Shown here piece by piece: positions 27,547 through 36,336 of a stretch of 64,000 nucleotides of DNA. Below the pieces are notes generated by a model. That model made no database searches, had not been told where the DNA came from, and saw only the letters and a program-made list of their open reading frames with translations. This stretch comes from a virus (taxonomy: Duplodnaviria; Caudoviricetes). Numbering within the stretch: the first letter of the stretch is position 1; every line of letters begins with the position of its first letter. Location of the stretch: positions 1 to 64,000 of IMG/VR virus record IMGVR_UViG_2516653058_000003; one strand, 5' to 3'. A program made the translations under genes and the position numbers.

Positions 27547-27909
27547 TTATTTGGCTTTTACTTCAGAATAGCGAAGATGTTTAGGGTTGAGCAGATGAGA
27601 AGGGAACAGTTGTGGTTGTTCTTTGAACCGGCGTTGGAGTTCCTGGAGCGAGGTCAGGTTACGTTTACGGGCTGTTTTGTATATGGCTTGGTGTGATACA
27701 CCTAAATAATGGCACCACTCGTCCAAGGTAAGGTCAATGCCGTTTATTGGGAAGTTTAATGTCAATTTAGGGGAAAACGCCAATGCCGACTCCACCGACC
27801 CGGTGCGCTGCACTCTCGTCCTAAACGTGGATGGGTTAACCCCGGTGGCTATTGCCAAAGATTTTTGCGTTTCCATTTCGGTTCCGAACCAGTTATTGAA
27901 GTTTCTCAA
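27547..27909 (-). CDS. DNA-binding protein with two HTH-like repeats (HNH C-terminal type), no nuclease domain
   Basis: LAIATGVNPSTFRTRVQRTGSVESAL and INGIDLTLDEWCHYLGVSHQAIY resemble the NGxxxTLxEWaxxLG..TLRxR..S.EEAL repeats of phage HNH proteins. Confidence 0.6.
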   Translation of the reverse strand: MRNFNNWFGTEMETQKSLAIATGVNPSTFRTRVQRTGSVESALAFSPKLTLNFPINGIDLTLDEWCHYLGVSHQAIYKTARKRNLTSLQELQRRFKEQPQLFPSHLLNPKHLRYSEVKAK

Positions 27910-28052
27910 ATACTGTCAAAATTTGTCTCAGATGTCAACCCCTGGCTGGAAAATCGTAAAAAATTGTCCGAGGGACCTACTGCACCTCCCCAAACCCCCG
28001 GTGTAATCGGGATGGCCGGGGTTGGCGGCATGGCAACCCTCCTCACACCCCA

Positions 28053-28103
28053 TGTGACAATTTTTGTCACAATGTGACAATTTTGTATAACACTTTTGTC
28101 ACA
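28053..28103. promoter_or_regulatory. Cluster of four TGTGACAA/TTGTCACA half-sites
   Basis: TGTGACAA at 28053 and 28073; TTGTCACA at 28064 and 28096; in the divergent intergenic region. Confidence 0.7.
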
Positions 28104-28519
28104 TCAGGGTAAGCCGCTGAGGGTGGCGTTAGAGCTAAGTCATTGATTTATAAGGTAAATCACAATGTGGCACGGCATGTGCTTTATTATTTGCCGTAAG
28201 GGTTGCATGTTGCGACACATCGCCCTACCCGCTCTTATCAGATAGGCTTAGGCACTGTGACCTAAGCAGGTGATTGCCTCATTATAGTACCGCCATAAGT
28301 TACGGTTTAACCGTGCCTATGCCATGCCATAACGAAGTAAATCAGCTACACACTAGCAAAGTGTAGCCATACCAGCAATGTAGGACACTTGCCCATAGAG
28401 TCTTATAAACCGTTGCGTGATTATCTTACACAATAGGGTAATGACGCAACAGGTACAAAACCCAAAACAGGCAAATATTTGCCTTAACCATACCGCCCAC
28501 AATGGGCAAAGGTGCAACC

Positions 28520-29344
28520 ATGAAAACTACTGACATACAAAACACTGCTAAAGCCGTTGATACTAGAATCAAAGGATACCGTACCCAACTAGGTACAATC
28601 ACAAAAAAGAAAGCCGCTATTATTGCCGAAATGCCCGCATTGTTGGCCGACATTATTGCACTGGCAAACAGCAACGATGAAAAGTATCAAGGAAAATTTG
28701 ACCGTGCCGCTGCTATGGCCGACGCGTTAAAATCTGAAAAAGGCCTTTTAAAAGAATGGGTGTCTGTTTGTGAGGGTAGAATTCCCCATAAGTTTACATC
28801 AAATAAACTAGGACAGATTGTCCTAGGCAAGCGTGACGCGGCACTACTATTAACAGCTCAGGAACTTAAGGCGCGTGATAGCAAAAAAGAACAGGACAAG
28901 GCAAGCAATGCGGCTTCCAGCGAGAAAAAACGCGAAACCTTGCAAGATAAGGCAAACCAAGCCGACCAATACAAGGCACTGGCGGAAACAGAACGCCAAA
29001 ACAAAGAAAAGGCGTTAAAAGATAAACGCCTTGCTGAAAGCAAGCTTGCCAAAGCTGGTGACACCTTAGCCAAAGCTGAACAATTGGAAGCTGAATTGAA
29101 ACAGCTTGACACCTTGAAGGTGCAAGCCGATAAACAATCATTCAAGATTGAAGAGCAAGAAAAGGAGCTTGCACGCCTGCACGCTATGGAAGCTGAGTTT
29201 ATAGCCACCAAGCAAGAAAACGCCACACTGACCACTAAAAACCGTGAATTATTAGGTTTGGTAACAGAGCTGCAAAACGAGAATGCAGAACTAAAAACCT
29301 TGCTGGCATTAGAAAGCGACATAAAAAGAGCGGCAAACAGCTAA
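28520..29344 (+). CDS. Coiled-coil protein, first gene of the right arm
   Basis: Lys/Ala/Glu-rich heptads over the C-terminal two thirds; ATG 28520 behind AAAGG. Confidence 0.75.
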   Translation: MKTTDIQNTAKAVDTRIKGYRTQLGTITKKKAAIIAEMPALLADIIALANSNDEKYQGKFDRAAAMADALKSEKGLLKEWVSVCEGRIPHKFTSNKLGQIVLGKRDAALLLTAQELKARDSKKEQDKASNAASSEKKRETLQDKANQADQYKALAETERQNKEKALKDKRLAESKLAKAGDTLAKAEQLEAELKQLDTLKVQADKQSFKIEEQEKELARLHAMEAEFIATKQENATLTTKNRELLGLVTELQNENAELKTLLALESDIKRAANS

Positions 29345-29398
29345 ACCGCCACATAACATGCCGCGCCATTGGATATGGCGCGGGCAACCTCAGCCCAC

Positions 29399-29429
29399 CC
29401 CGTGCCATCTTCGGATAGCACGGGTTTTT
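29399..29429 (+). terminator. Terminator 1 after coiled-coil gene
   Basis: CCCGTGC-CATC-TTCG-GATA-GCACGGG followed by TTTTT. Confidence 0.8.
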
Positions 29430-29440
29430 GTGCTTCCCTA

Positions 29441-29479
29441 AAAGCCGCCGTGCGCACACCCTGCCTAGGCGGCTTTTTT
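29441..29479 (+). terminator. Terminator 2 (tandem)
   Basis: AAAGCCGCC...GGCGGCTTTTTT. Confidence 0.65.
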
Positions 29480-29608
29480 GTGCCCGCACATAACGCCAAC
29501 GCCAACGCCCTCCCGTGCTGCGGCTGGCGTTTGTATGGCCTGCCGCACAGACAAAACAGATCCCCTCACGTTAGCGCGTGAGGAAATTTTCCAACCAAGG
29601 AATTATTT

Positions 29609-29719
29609 ATGTCAGAAGCGATTATTGAATATCTGGAAACACTGGCCGATGAAATGCCTGACCCGGCCTTGTCCGACGTGCCCGCCATGCAGGATTTGCT
29701 GGAAGAGCTTTACGGTTAG
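29609..29719 (+). CDS. 36-aa acidic small protein (not in ORF track)
   Basis: AAGGA RBS; MSEAIIEYLETLADEMPDPALSDVPAMQDLLEELYG. Confidence 0.5.
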   Translation: MSEAIIEYLETLADEMPDPALSDVPAMQDLLEELYG

Positions 29720-29778
29720 GCGCGTGAAAGAATCTTCCAACCTGGCGTTTTTACGCCCGAAATTTAGCAGGTGATTTT

Positions 29779-29862
29779 ATGGAACTGTATGAAATTGTCC
29801 ACCTTGCGGTGGCGGTGCTGTTTTGGCTGGCGTTTTTGACGGTCAGGGGGTGGGGAAAATAA
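29779..29862 (+). CDS. 27-aa membrane peptide (not in ORF track)
   Basis: AGGTG RBS; MELYEIVHLAVAVLFWLAFLTVRGWGK. Confidence 0.4.
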   Translation: MELYEIVHLAVAVLFWLAFLTVRGWGK

Positions 29863-30219
29863 CTGGAAAGAACCCCGCCTTCCCTTACGTCATAGGTAGC
29901 AACATGTCCCAGCACGGGCAGAGGTCGCGTCCGTAAGGGCGGAGGCCCTGCACTTTCAACCGGAGACACCGATTTTTAGATGCGGGCAAATAGTAACGGA
30001 GGTTTTTATGTAAGTCAACAAAATGTTGTAAACGACCAAATGTAACATTCAAAAACCCCGCCATGTATGGCGGGGGCGCCGTGTCAATACCGCAAGGAAG
30101 GTGTTTCAAAAGCACCTGCCAGCACGCCGCCTGCCTCAGTGGGGGTTTGCGGGAATAGATTGGGGACGGCATACCCTGGGCGCACCTGCGCCCTTTTTTA
30201 TGAGACAAAGGAAAAAACT

Positions 30220-30804
30220 ATGTTAACTATCAGAAATGTAGGCATCACGGAGGCGGACGGCCTTTATTGCCTGAACGATTTGCACAAGGCCGGCGGGGGC
30301 GAGGAACGCCACAAACCTGCCAACTGGCTGCGCACCCAACAGGCCATCGAACTGGTGGCCGTTTTGGAGGCGGAGGCCGGAAACGCTAAGTCATTGATTT
30401 CAGCCGTTTCTCATATTCGAGCAACGGAACAAAATCAAATACTTACAGTTATTCAAGGTGGGGTCAGTTCCCAACAAGGCACCTTCGTCTGCAGGGAGCT
30501 GGTCTATGCTTACGCGACGTGGGTGTCGCCGGTGTTTTTCCTCCACGTATTAAGGGCTTACGACGCTTTGATACAGGCGGGGACGGTAGTCCCTGATGAA
30601 TGTGGCGATAACGTGGCCGCGCTGCAGCGGGCGCTGGTGTCAATGACGGAGCGGACCGACAGGCATGATATGGAATACCGGCGGATATTGGCGCTGTCAC
30701 AGGGAAATTATAACTTTGCCCACAGCAAACTCATTGTCGTCGAAGAATTACGCAAACAAATCAACCTGTTGCATGAAACCATACGGCAGATGGGCAGAAA
30801 GTAG
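30220..30804 (+). CDS. KilA-N domain protein
   Basis: YCLNDLHKAGGGEERHKPANWLR and GTFVCRELVYAYATWVSP KilA-N signatures; AAGGA RBS before ATG 30220. Confidence 0.88.
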   Translation: MLTIRNVGITEADGLYCLNDLHKAGGGEERHKPANWLRTQQAIELVAVLEAEAGNAKSLISAVSHIRATEQNQILTVIQGGVSSQQGTFVCRELVYAYATWVSPVFFLHVLRAYDALIQAGTVVPDECGDNVAALQRALVSMTERTDRHDMEYRRILALSQGNYNFAHSKLIVVEELRKQINLLHETIRQMGRK

Positions 30805-30820
30805 CCTGTCACTGTGCCTT

Positions 30821-30852
30821 AGCCCCGGCGCCAATAGGCCACGGGGCTTTTT
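30821..30852 (+). terminator. Terminator after KilA-N gene
   Basis: AGCCCCG...CGGGGCT followed by TTTT. Confidence 0.65.
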
Positions 30853-30887
30853 ATGCCTGCCATATAGGCAGTAGCGGAGGTAACCTT

Positions 30888-31019
30888 ATGAAAAGAATGG
30901 CGATCCCTAACGATGAGCTGAAAGTGCTGAGGGCTGAAAACCGCCTGAAGGCAGCCCTGTATTTCTTCAGCATCGTTTTCATCGCGTCGGTGATGGCGCT
31001 GGCGTTTGTCGGGGGCTGA
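30888..31019 (+). CDS. 43-aa membrane protein (not in ORF track)
   Basis: GGAGG RBS; C-terminal TM segment ALYFFSIVFIASVMALAFVGG. Confidence 0.6.
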   Translation: MKRMAIPNDELKVLRAENRLKAALYFFSIVFIASVMALAFVGG

Positions 31020-31020
31020 C

Positions 31021-31278
31021 ATGGGGGCTTATGAAGAGATAGAGGCGCTGGTGGAGGCGTGCGACGACGTGGCCGCAGGGCAGGCGGGGCCAAGGGCGCT
31101 GGGGTTCCAGTACGGGTGGCTTAGGGGTGAGTTCAAGCACGTCCTGCGTGACCTGGGGCTGACAGAAGGGCAAGTGGCTAAAGTGGCTGAAATGGCCGAA
31201 AAACGGCGTTTAAAGGCGGTTATGCTGGCGACTGGTGAGGAGCGGGCGTTCGGGTGGGACAACAGGGCCAAGCGGTAG
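31021..31278 (+). CDS. Hypothetical protein
   Basis: 85 aa, starts just after the upstream stop. Confidence 0.6.
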   Translation: MGAYEEIEALVEACDDVAAGQAGPRALGFQYGWLRGEFKHVLRDLGLTEGQVAKVAEMAEKRRLKAVMLATGEERAFGWDNRAKR

Positions 31279-31939
31279 TGTTTGTTTCCGCAGGTTGGTA
31301 GCAGCGTACACCCAGCACGGGTAGGGGCTGCCTCTGCGGAAACTCCCAGCTTTGCAGTGTTCGGGCACCAGAGACGGGACCCCGACACTGTTGTCAAGCA
31401 GTGAAAAGTATAAACTACTTTCTGTAGAAATCAACAAAATGTAACTTACAGAAGATAAAGATCAACTATAAATACTAATATAACTATTATTTAGTATATT
31501 TTTATTGTTTATTAGTGTTTTTTGTCATTTTGCTTTGTTAGTGGCCCTATGTATTTTTTTCATAGGGGTCGGGGTTGCGATTTTGTTGTTACCTCAACTA
31601 TATAACCCTCACCCTGAAAAACTGAGATATAGGGACTCTAACAAAGGAAATCGACAAAAACACTAATAATGCCAGCGGATTATCAACCGACAGCGCCATA
31701 AAAAACCAAAACCCACCCAAAACCCCACCTTTAACATTTATTGTAAACCAAACAAACAACAATAAATCTGCCAAAAACGCCCACGAAAACACCACCCGCA
31801 AGGCATAAAAAAGCCCCGTAAAGTACCCTTTCCGAGGCCAAATTCAGTAAACTGCATGCGCAGTTTACCAATTTTTGGGTATTATGTCAAGAAAAAGATG
31901 CAATTTTACACCTTGAAAAACACACTTTTTCTGCTTATT

Positions 31940-32167
31940 ATTAGTGTTAAAATAGTAAAACACTAATGAAAACCCCAAAAAACAGGTGTTTCATTAGTGC
32001 TAAAGTAGTAGTCACTATTATGAAAACCCCGGAAAGCGACATCTCTTCGTTTTATACACTTGCAAAACGCAAGCTACAAAATGTCAAAAACGAAGAGATG
32101 TAGCTTTCTGTATAGGTTTCTAGTAGTGACCACTATTTTAGCACTAATGACGGACATATTATTAGTG
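31940..32167. repeat. Nested long inverted repeats with CACTAAT boxes in an AT-rich region (origin-like)
   Basis: 31991-32020 and 32121-32150 are inverted at 27/30. An inner arm GAAAGCGACATCTCTTCGTTTT (from 32032) pairs with AAAACGAAGAGATGTAGCTTTC (to 32108), one mismatch. Confidence 0.9.
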
Positions 32168-32193
32168 CTATATTATTGTTCATTTATAAGTGT

Positions 32194-32223
32194 TTCACTG
32201 TTATAGCTCTAATAATGTATAAT
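32194..32223 (+). promoter_or_regulatory. Sigma70-type promoter for the 533-aa gene
   Basis: TTCACT-N18-TATAAT, 35 bp before the ATG at 32259. Confidence 0.5.
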
Positions 32224-32258
32224 CACAGTTTTATAGAGTCTTAAAAAGGTATTGAAAT

Positions 32259-33860
32259 ATGTCAAAAACTTTTAAAGGAAGAGCACCTTCCATCCTGCTG
32301 ACGGCAAACGGACATACCCGTAACATTATGGAGTGGGCCGCCATTGTCTCCCCGGAAGACCCCCAACGGGCTGAATTTGTGATCCGTGACCGGTACCAAA
32401 AAAGACGACGCCGGAACAGCCCGGTCACGGATGCCCAGGTCATTTATGGCCTGAGCTACCAAAGCACGGAAGAGATGCCGATGGAGATGGGTCTGCCGCG
32501 CTTGTGCAGGATGTGGGTGCTGGAGGCGATGGACTTGGTGATGCCGCAGGTCGAGGAACACCTGTCCATGCGGATGGCGGCATACCTGTCACAAAAGCAC
32601 GGGACCCCGCCGCCTGGGGAATTCATCACGACCGATAAGTCTCTGCCTGCCAAGCGCCCAAAACCCAAACTAAACCCAGTCCCAGGCGTAAACCCGTCCA
32701 CGCCCGCCCTGAAGGTTGTCATGGATTGGCTAAAGGCGAACAACCTCGACGACCCTTTAATCGGGGACAACTACCGGTCCGCCCAGCTGCTGATGATGTG
32801 CCAGGCCGACGAGCCGACGCCGGAGCTGTTGGCGTGGCATTTCGCCCTGCTGGATGAGACAGGCCTGTCCGCCCCCGTACCGGAAATCAAAAAGGAATTG
32901 CCTTACAAAACTGCAACCAAACACCAGGAGGAGTGGTGGGAACCTTACATCAAAACCCGCTACATCATTGACGCGTTCAAGGACGGCAGGGAGCCAGACC
33001 CGTTCACGCCAACGGACAACGCCGACACCCTCACCGAAGAGGAGGAAATGGAACTTGAAGCCCCTGCCTACACCCAAGAGTTCTGCCGGTCGTCGAAGGC
33101 ACATGTCAATGAGGTGGTAGACCGCCGCTTCCTGAAGTCCCAGAACGAATACCTGTGCCTGATGCATAACAAACAGGCCATAGACCGTCTTGACGGGCCG
33201 TCAGGCACCCAGGACGGGTTTGTCAAGTTCCTGAACTTTGCGTTTTTCGACATAGGGTTCCGGTGCGTGTTGCAGATCAGCGATTTCAGGACGTTGAACC
33301 GGGCGCAGCACGTCTATTTTCTGTCCGCCCTGTGCCGTAAGTTCAAGGCGTCGTTTGTGGGCAGGAACACCGACCTCTGCGACAGCCTGTTGGAAAAGCT
33401 GTCCGAGTGGGGGCTTAACCCCCTGCCGCTGTCGCAGCTGCATAGGCACCCGTTGCTGTGCCACTTGCATTCACGGGGCAACGAACAAGTGGCCGCTTCG
33501 CTTAAGCCATTGCTGGATTATGCGGACAGGCAGGGGCTGGATTACAACACCTACCAATATTGGGCGACTTTGGATCACTACGAACACGAAACCCTGATCG
33601 ACTTGGACCCTCTGTTCATCCCTGCAGAAATCAGGGAATCCGACAAGTACCAGGGGATATTGGACTCCTTGGTTGCCGCCACGAACTATGGCCGGAACAT
33701 GGCCATGTGGCCGGAAGGGGTGGTGGCACCGAGGCCGGACATGGTGCCGTGCGACCTGTACGACGACCCCATAAAAGGCTACGATTACACCGTTTTCGAC
33801 GGGGCGCCGTTGCTGGTTGACGGGTCCCATACGTTTGTTGTCTTGGAGGGGGTGGGGTGA
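32259..33860 (+). CDS. 533-aa hypothetical protein with N-terminal DNA-binding-like domain
   Basis: N-terminus LTANGHTRNIMEWA..IRDRYQK resembles the NGxxxTLxEW HTH repeat; the rest is unrecognised. Confidence 0.7.
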   Translation: MSKTFKGRAPSILLTANGHTRNIMEWAAIVSPEDPQRAEFVIRDRYQKRRRRNSPVTDAQVIYGLSYQSTEEMPMEMGLPRLCRMWVLEAMDLVMPQVEEHLSMRMAAYLSQKHGTPPPGEFITTDKSLPAKRPKPKLNPVPGVNPSTPALKVVMDWLKANNLDDPLIGDNYRSAQLLMMCQADEPTPELLAWHFALLDETGLSAPVPEIKKELPYKTATKHQEEWWEPYIKTRYIIDAFKDGREPDPFTPTDNADTLTEEEEMELEAPAYTQEFCRSSKAHVNEVVDRRFLKSQNEYLCLMHNKQAIDRLDGPSGTQDGFVKFLNFAFFDIGFRCVLQISDFRTLNRAQHVYFLSALCRKFKASFVGRNTDLCDSLLEKLSEWGLNPLPLSQLHRHPLLCHLHSRGNEQVAASLKPLLDYADRQGLDYNTYQYWATLDHYEHETLIDLDPLFIPAEIRESDKYQGILDSLVAATNYGRNMAMWPEGVVAPRPDMVPCDLYDDPIKGYDYTVFDGAPLLVDGSHTFVVLEGVG

Positions 33861-33865
33861 AGCGC

Positions 33866-34012
33866 TATATTTAGAAATGGCCGCGTCGTCTAGTGGTTAG
33901 GGCATGGGTACTTGGAAACGTCGGTTCGAATCCGACTTAATCGTCTAGCGGCCTAGGACACCAGACCGCCGAAACGCAGGTTCGAACCCTGTCGCGGCCA
34001 TTTTTAAATATA
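33866..34012 (+). ncRNA. tRNA-like RNA with two tandem D-arm/T-arm modules and no anticodon arm
   Basis: Acceptor-like stem GGCCGCG/CGCGGCC extended to 20 bp; two TTCGAA T-loops (33920-33936, 33976-33992) and two GTCTAG.GG..AGG.C D-arms. Confidence 0.8.
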
Positions 34013-34077
34013 ACCGGAGATGTAGGCCTGTTGCGGATGGATTCTGGGTGCATTCGATTTTTTACCAAGATCCAACC

Positions 34078-34269
34078 TCAATGCCTTTTAAGCAGGCCCT
34101 TGCCCCCCTCCAACACCACCAGCAAATTTCTCCTCCCTTCTGCAATTTCCGAGGATTTATCCAAATCCTCGAAATATTTTTTATCCCCGGACACCCACGC
34201 CTCCACCGCTTTCGCTAGCGCGGCCTCCACGTTAGTGGGCACAACAGTTGGTTTTTTGATGTGTACCAT
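34078..34269 (-). CDS. 63-aa hypothetical protein
   Basis: C-terminal part of the track's 274-aa ORF; ATG 34269 follows an AT-rich promoter-like gap. Confidence 0.45.
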   Translation of the reverse strand: MVHIKKPTVVPTNVEAALAKAVEAWVSGDKKYFEDLDKSSEIAEGRRNLLVVLEGGKGLLKRH

Positions 34270-34546
34270 AATAAATACTACATTTTGTAATAAATAACAA
34301 AAAGTATATAACGACGATGGTGTATTTTCAATATAAGTCAAATGGGTAATATTTACCCCGCCACGGTTTTCGTAGTTGTTGCGTGGTGGTTCACATATTT
34401 TGGTTTGGGCTTGTGGTTGTTGGGTTCCAATTGCCGCAGGCCCGAACAAACCCAGAACCTTCCCGTTGCGAGAGGTTTCTGGCTTTGTTCCCAGCAAAGC
34501 AGGCCAAGGCAGCACACTTGGAAATTTTAAAATAAGGATAGTGGCC

Positions 34547-34840
34547 ATGGATAGGATCAGTGCGGCGGCAGAATTGGTGCGTAAGATCACCGAAGCGCAG
34601 CAGGCGGAGAAACAGCTTGAGGACCCGAACATCTGGGCGGACCGGGCAAGCCTTACCTGTGCATTGGTGGTCATCCTCAACCTGTTCGTCCTGGCCGCCA
34701 AACTAATCTGCTCATGGTTCGATATCCAGCTGGACGTGCCGCCCGACTTGGTAAGCAACACCACCGAAATCGTCACCTTTTTCGGTGTCCTCGTCGGCAA
34801 CCGCATCCACATCGCTTCAAACAGGGACGCAGGCAAGTAG
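34547..34840 (+). CDS. Two-TM holin-like membrane protein
   Basis: AAGGA RBS; two hydrophobic segments and a charged C-terminal tail; preceded by a CAGCAC hairpin. Confidence 0.6.
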   Translation: MDRISAAAELVRKITEAQQAEKQLEDPNIWADRASLTCALVVILNLFVLAAKLICSWFDIQLDVPPDLVSNTTEIVTFFGVLVGNRIHIASNRDAGK

Positions 34841-34893
34841 TCCCTTATTCCCCGCCACGGATGGCTCCCTTTGTTTAAAGACCGGAGACACCC

Positions 34894-35553
34894 ATGCGAC
34901 AAATCCCCATCAACGAGGGAAACCTCGTCAAGACAATCATCTGCGCTTGCGTACAGATGTTGGACTTTGGCCCGATAACGACAGACCGTAAAGACCTTGA
35001 AGCGGCCTTATATTCCTGCGAGGAACTGAAGGCGTTCACGGAACCGTTTATCCGAAAAAACCTGGACCAGGCTATTGGGATCAATCGCCAGCAACCTTCC
35101 GCACTTATAAACCGCTCCCTGCTGTTGGCCGCCACGGTCTCAAGGTCCCTTTATGCCGAAGTCGCATATAAGGTCCTGGTCGGCATATTGGCCAAGTTGG
35201 GGGTGGATTTTGACAAGCATGGCAGTTTTATCCGGGAAGTGGGAAAGGCGTTGGGCGGGTGGGATTCGGCGGTGGCGGCGATTATCGCAATAGCCGTCTT
35301 AGATGTTGCTGTAACAAAGGACTGGGACCGGCGGAAAGTCAAGGTGCTAACTGAAGAAGCAGAAACCCAATATCTGAAATTCAATAAAAACGGACGCGGA
35401 TGCAGCTGCCACTTGAACCCACCCTGTTCGTCCTGCACCCATGTAGGTAATCCCACCAATCTCTTAGAAACCGAAAAAGATTGGGAGCTAGTGACGGTTG
35501 ACGAAGCGGATGGCCGCACGACTTACGCCGAGTTGGAGGCAGCCGCCAGCTAA
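34894..35553 (+). CDS. Hypothetical protein with C-terminal Cys/His cluster
   Basis: ACCGGAGAC RBS; GCSCHLNPPCSSCTH possible metal-binding motif. Confidence 0.75.
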   Translation: MRQIPINEGNLVKTIICACVQMLDFGPITTDRKDLEAALYSCEELKAFTEPFIRKNLDQAIGINRQQPSALINRSLLLAATVSRSLYAEVAYKVLVGILAKLGVDFDKHGSFIREVGKALGGWDSAVAAIIAIAVLDVAVTKDWDRRKVKVLTEEAETQYLKFNKNGRGCSCHLNPPCSSCTHVGNPTNLLETEKDWELVTVDEADGRTTYAELEAAAS

Positions 35554-35560
35554 TCAGCCT

Positions 35561-35629
35561 ACAAACCCTTCCGGCACGAGGGGTTTGTGGGGTGGATTAG
35601 CCACCATTTCAATTTAACAAACCGGAGAC
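35561..35629 (+). promoter_or_regulatory. C(A/G)GCAC-loop hairpin plus ACCGGAGAC RBS
   Basis: 11-bp stem with one G-U, loop CGGCAC 35572-35577; motif at 35621. Confidence 0.8.
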
Positions 35630-35635
35630 AAACTT

Positions 35636-36064
35636 ATGAAACGAACCCACAACATCCTCTGTATTTTAATCACCGCCGTAACCCTGTTTCTCGCGGCCTG
35701 CGGCAACCCCAGCCCCAGCGTCGATTTCGCCACGCTTGAGTCCGCCCGTATGCAGGCCAACGACAACTCCACCTACAATGCCGCCTCTTTCCGCGCCACG
35801 CATCCCGAATACGCCGAATACTCGGTTTCCGCCCGTGGTGATTCCGCGCAGAAAGACAACTGCCCGCAAGGTGACGGCTGGGCCAGTATTGACCTGACAT
35901 TGGTTGCAGGGAATACAAAATCGGTGACAGCCTTGAAATGCTCCACTGTTTCGGAAGCCATCGGTTGCATGGCGGACGTGGACTTCAAGCAGCGAAGCTA
36001 TGCGTCCCAGGATGGGAAGTGCGACACATCACTGCCGTTCCCGTTGCCAAAAATCAAAAAGTAA
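35636..36064 (+). CDS. Lipoprotein with six Cys beyond the lipobox
   Basis: Signal peptide ending LAAC; 142 aa. Confidence 0.8.
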   Translation: MKRTHNILCILITAVTLFLAACGNPSPSVDFATLESARMQANDNSTYNAASFRATHPEYAEYSVSARGDSAQKDNCPQGDGWASIDLTLVAGNTKSVTALKCSTVSEAIGCMADVDFKQRSYASQDGKCDTSLPFPLPKIKK

Positions 36065-36159
36065 GGCCTTGCCGGTCTCCTGACCAGCCTATAACCCATT
36101 CATTTGTTCGAGTGGGTTATGGGGTGGGAAACACCGATAACTTAACATAGGAGATATTT

Positions 36160-36300
36160 ATGTAATTAACCGAATCAGAACAACAAGCCATCAACTCTTT
36201 TCTAGGGGGAAACTGGGCAGATTTTAAAAGATGTGCTGCCGCGTTCCTAGACGAGGACGAGATTGAAGAACTGGGACAAAAACTGGCTGATGGCCTGTAG
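36160..36300 (+). pseudogene. Small acidic gene with TAA at codon 2
   Basis: AGGAG RBS, then ATG TAA followed by an open 44-codon frame LTESEQQAINSFLGENW...GL. Confidence 0.65.
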
Positions 36301-36336
36301 CGTTACTTTTAATCGCTAACCGGAGACAGAAAACTA

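Noticed and set aside
33879-34000. Ordinary tRNA gene (Glu/Asp-like)
   Set aside because: Neither module has an anticodon stem-loop, and the acceptor stem closes only around both modules; reported as a tRNA-like ncRNA instead.
34078-34902. 274-aa minus-strand ORF from the track
   Set aside because: It overlaps a plus-strand gene with a good RBS and crosses an AT-rich gap; only the last 63 codons look like a gene.
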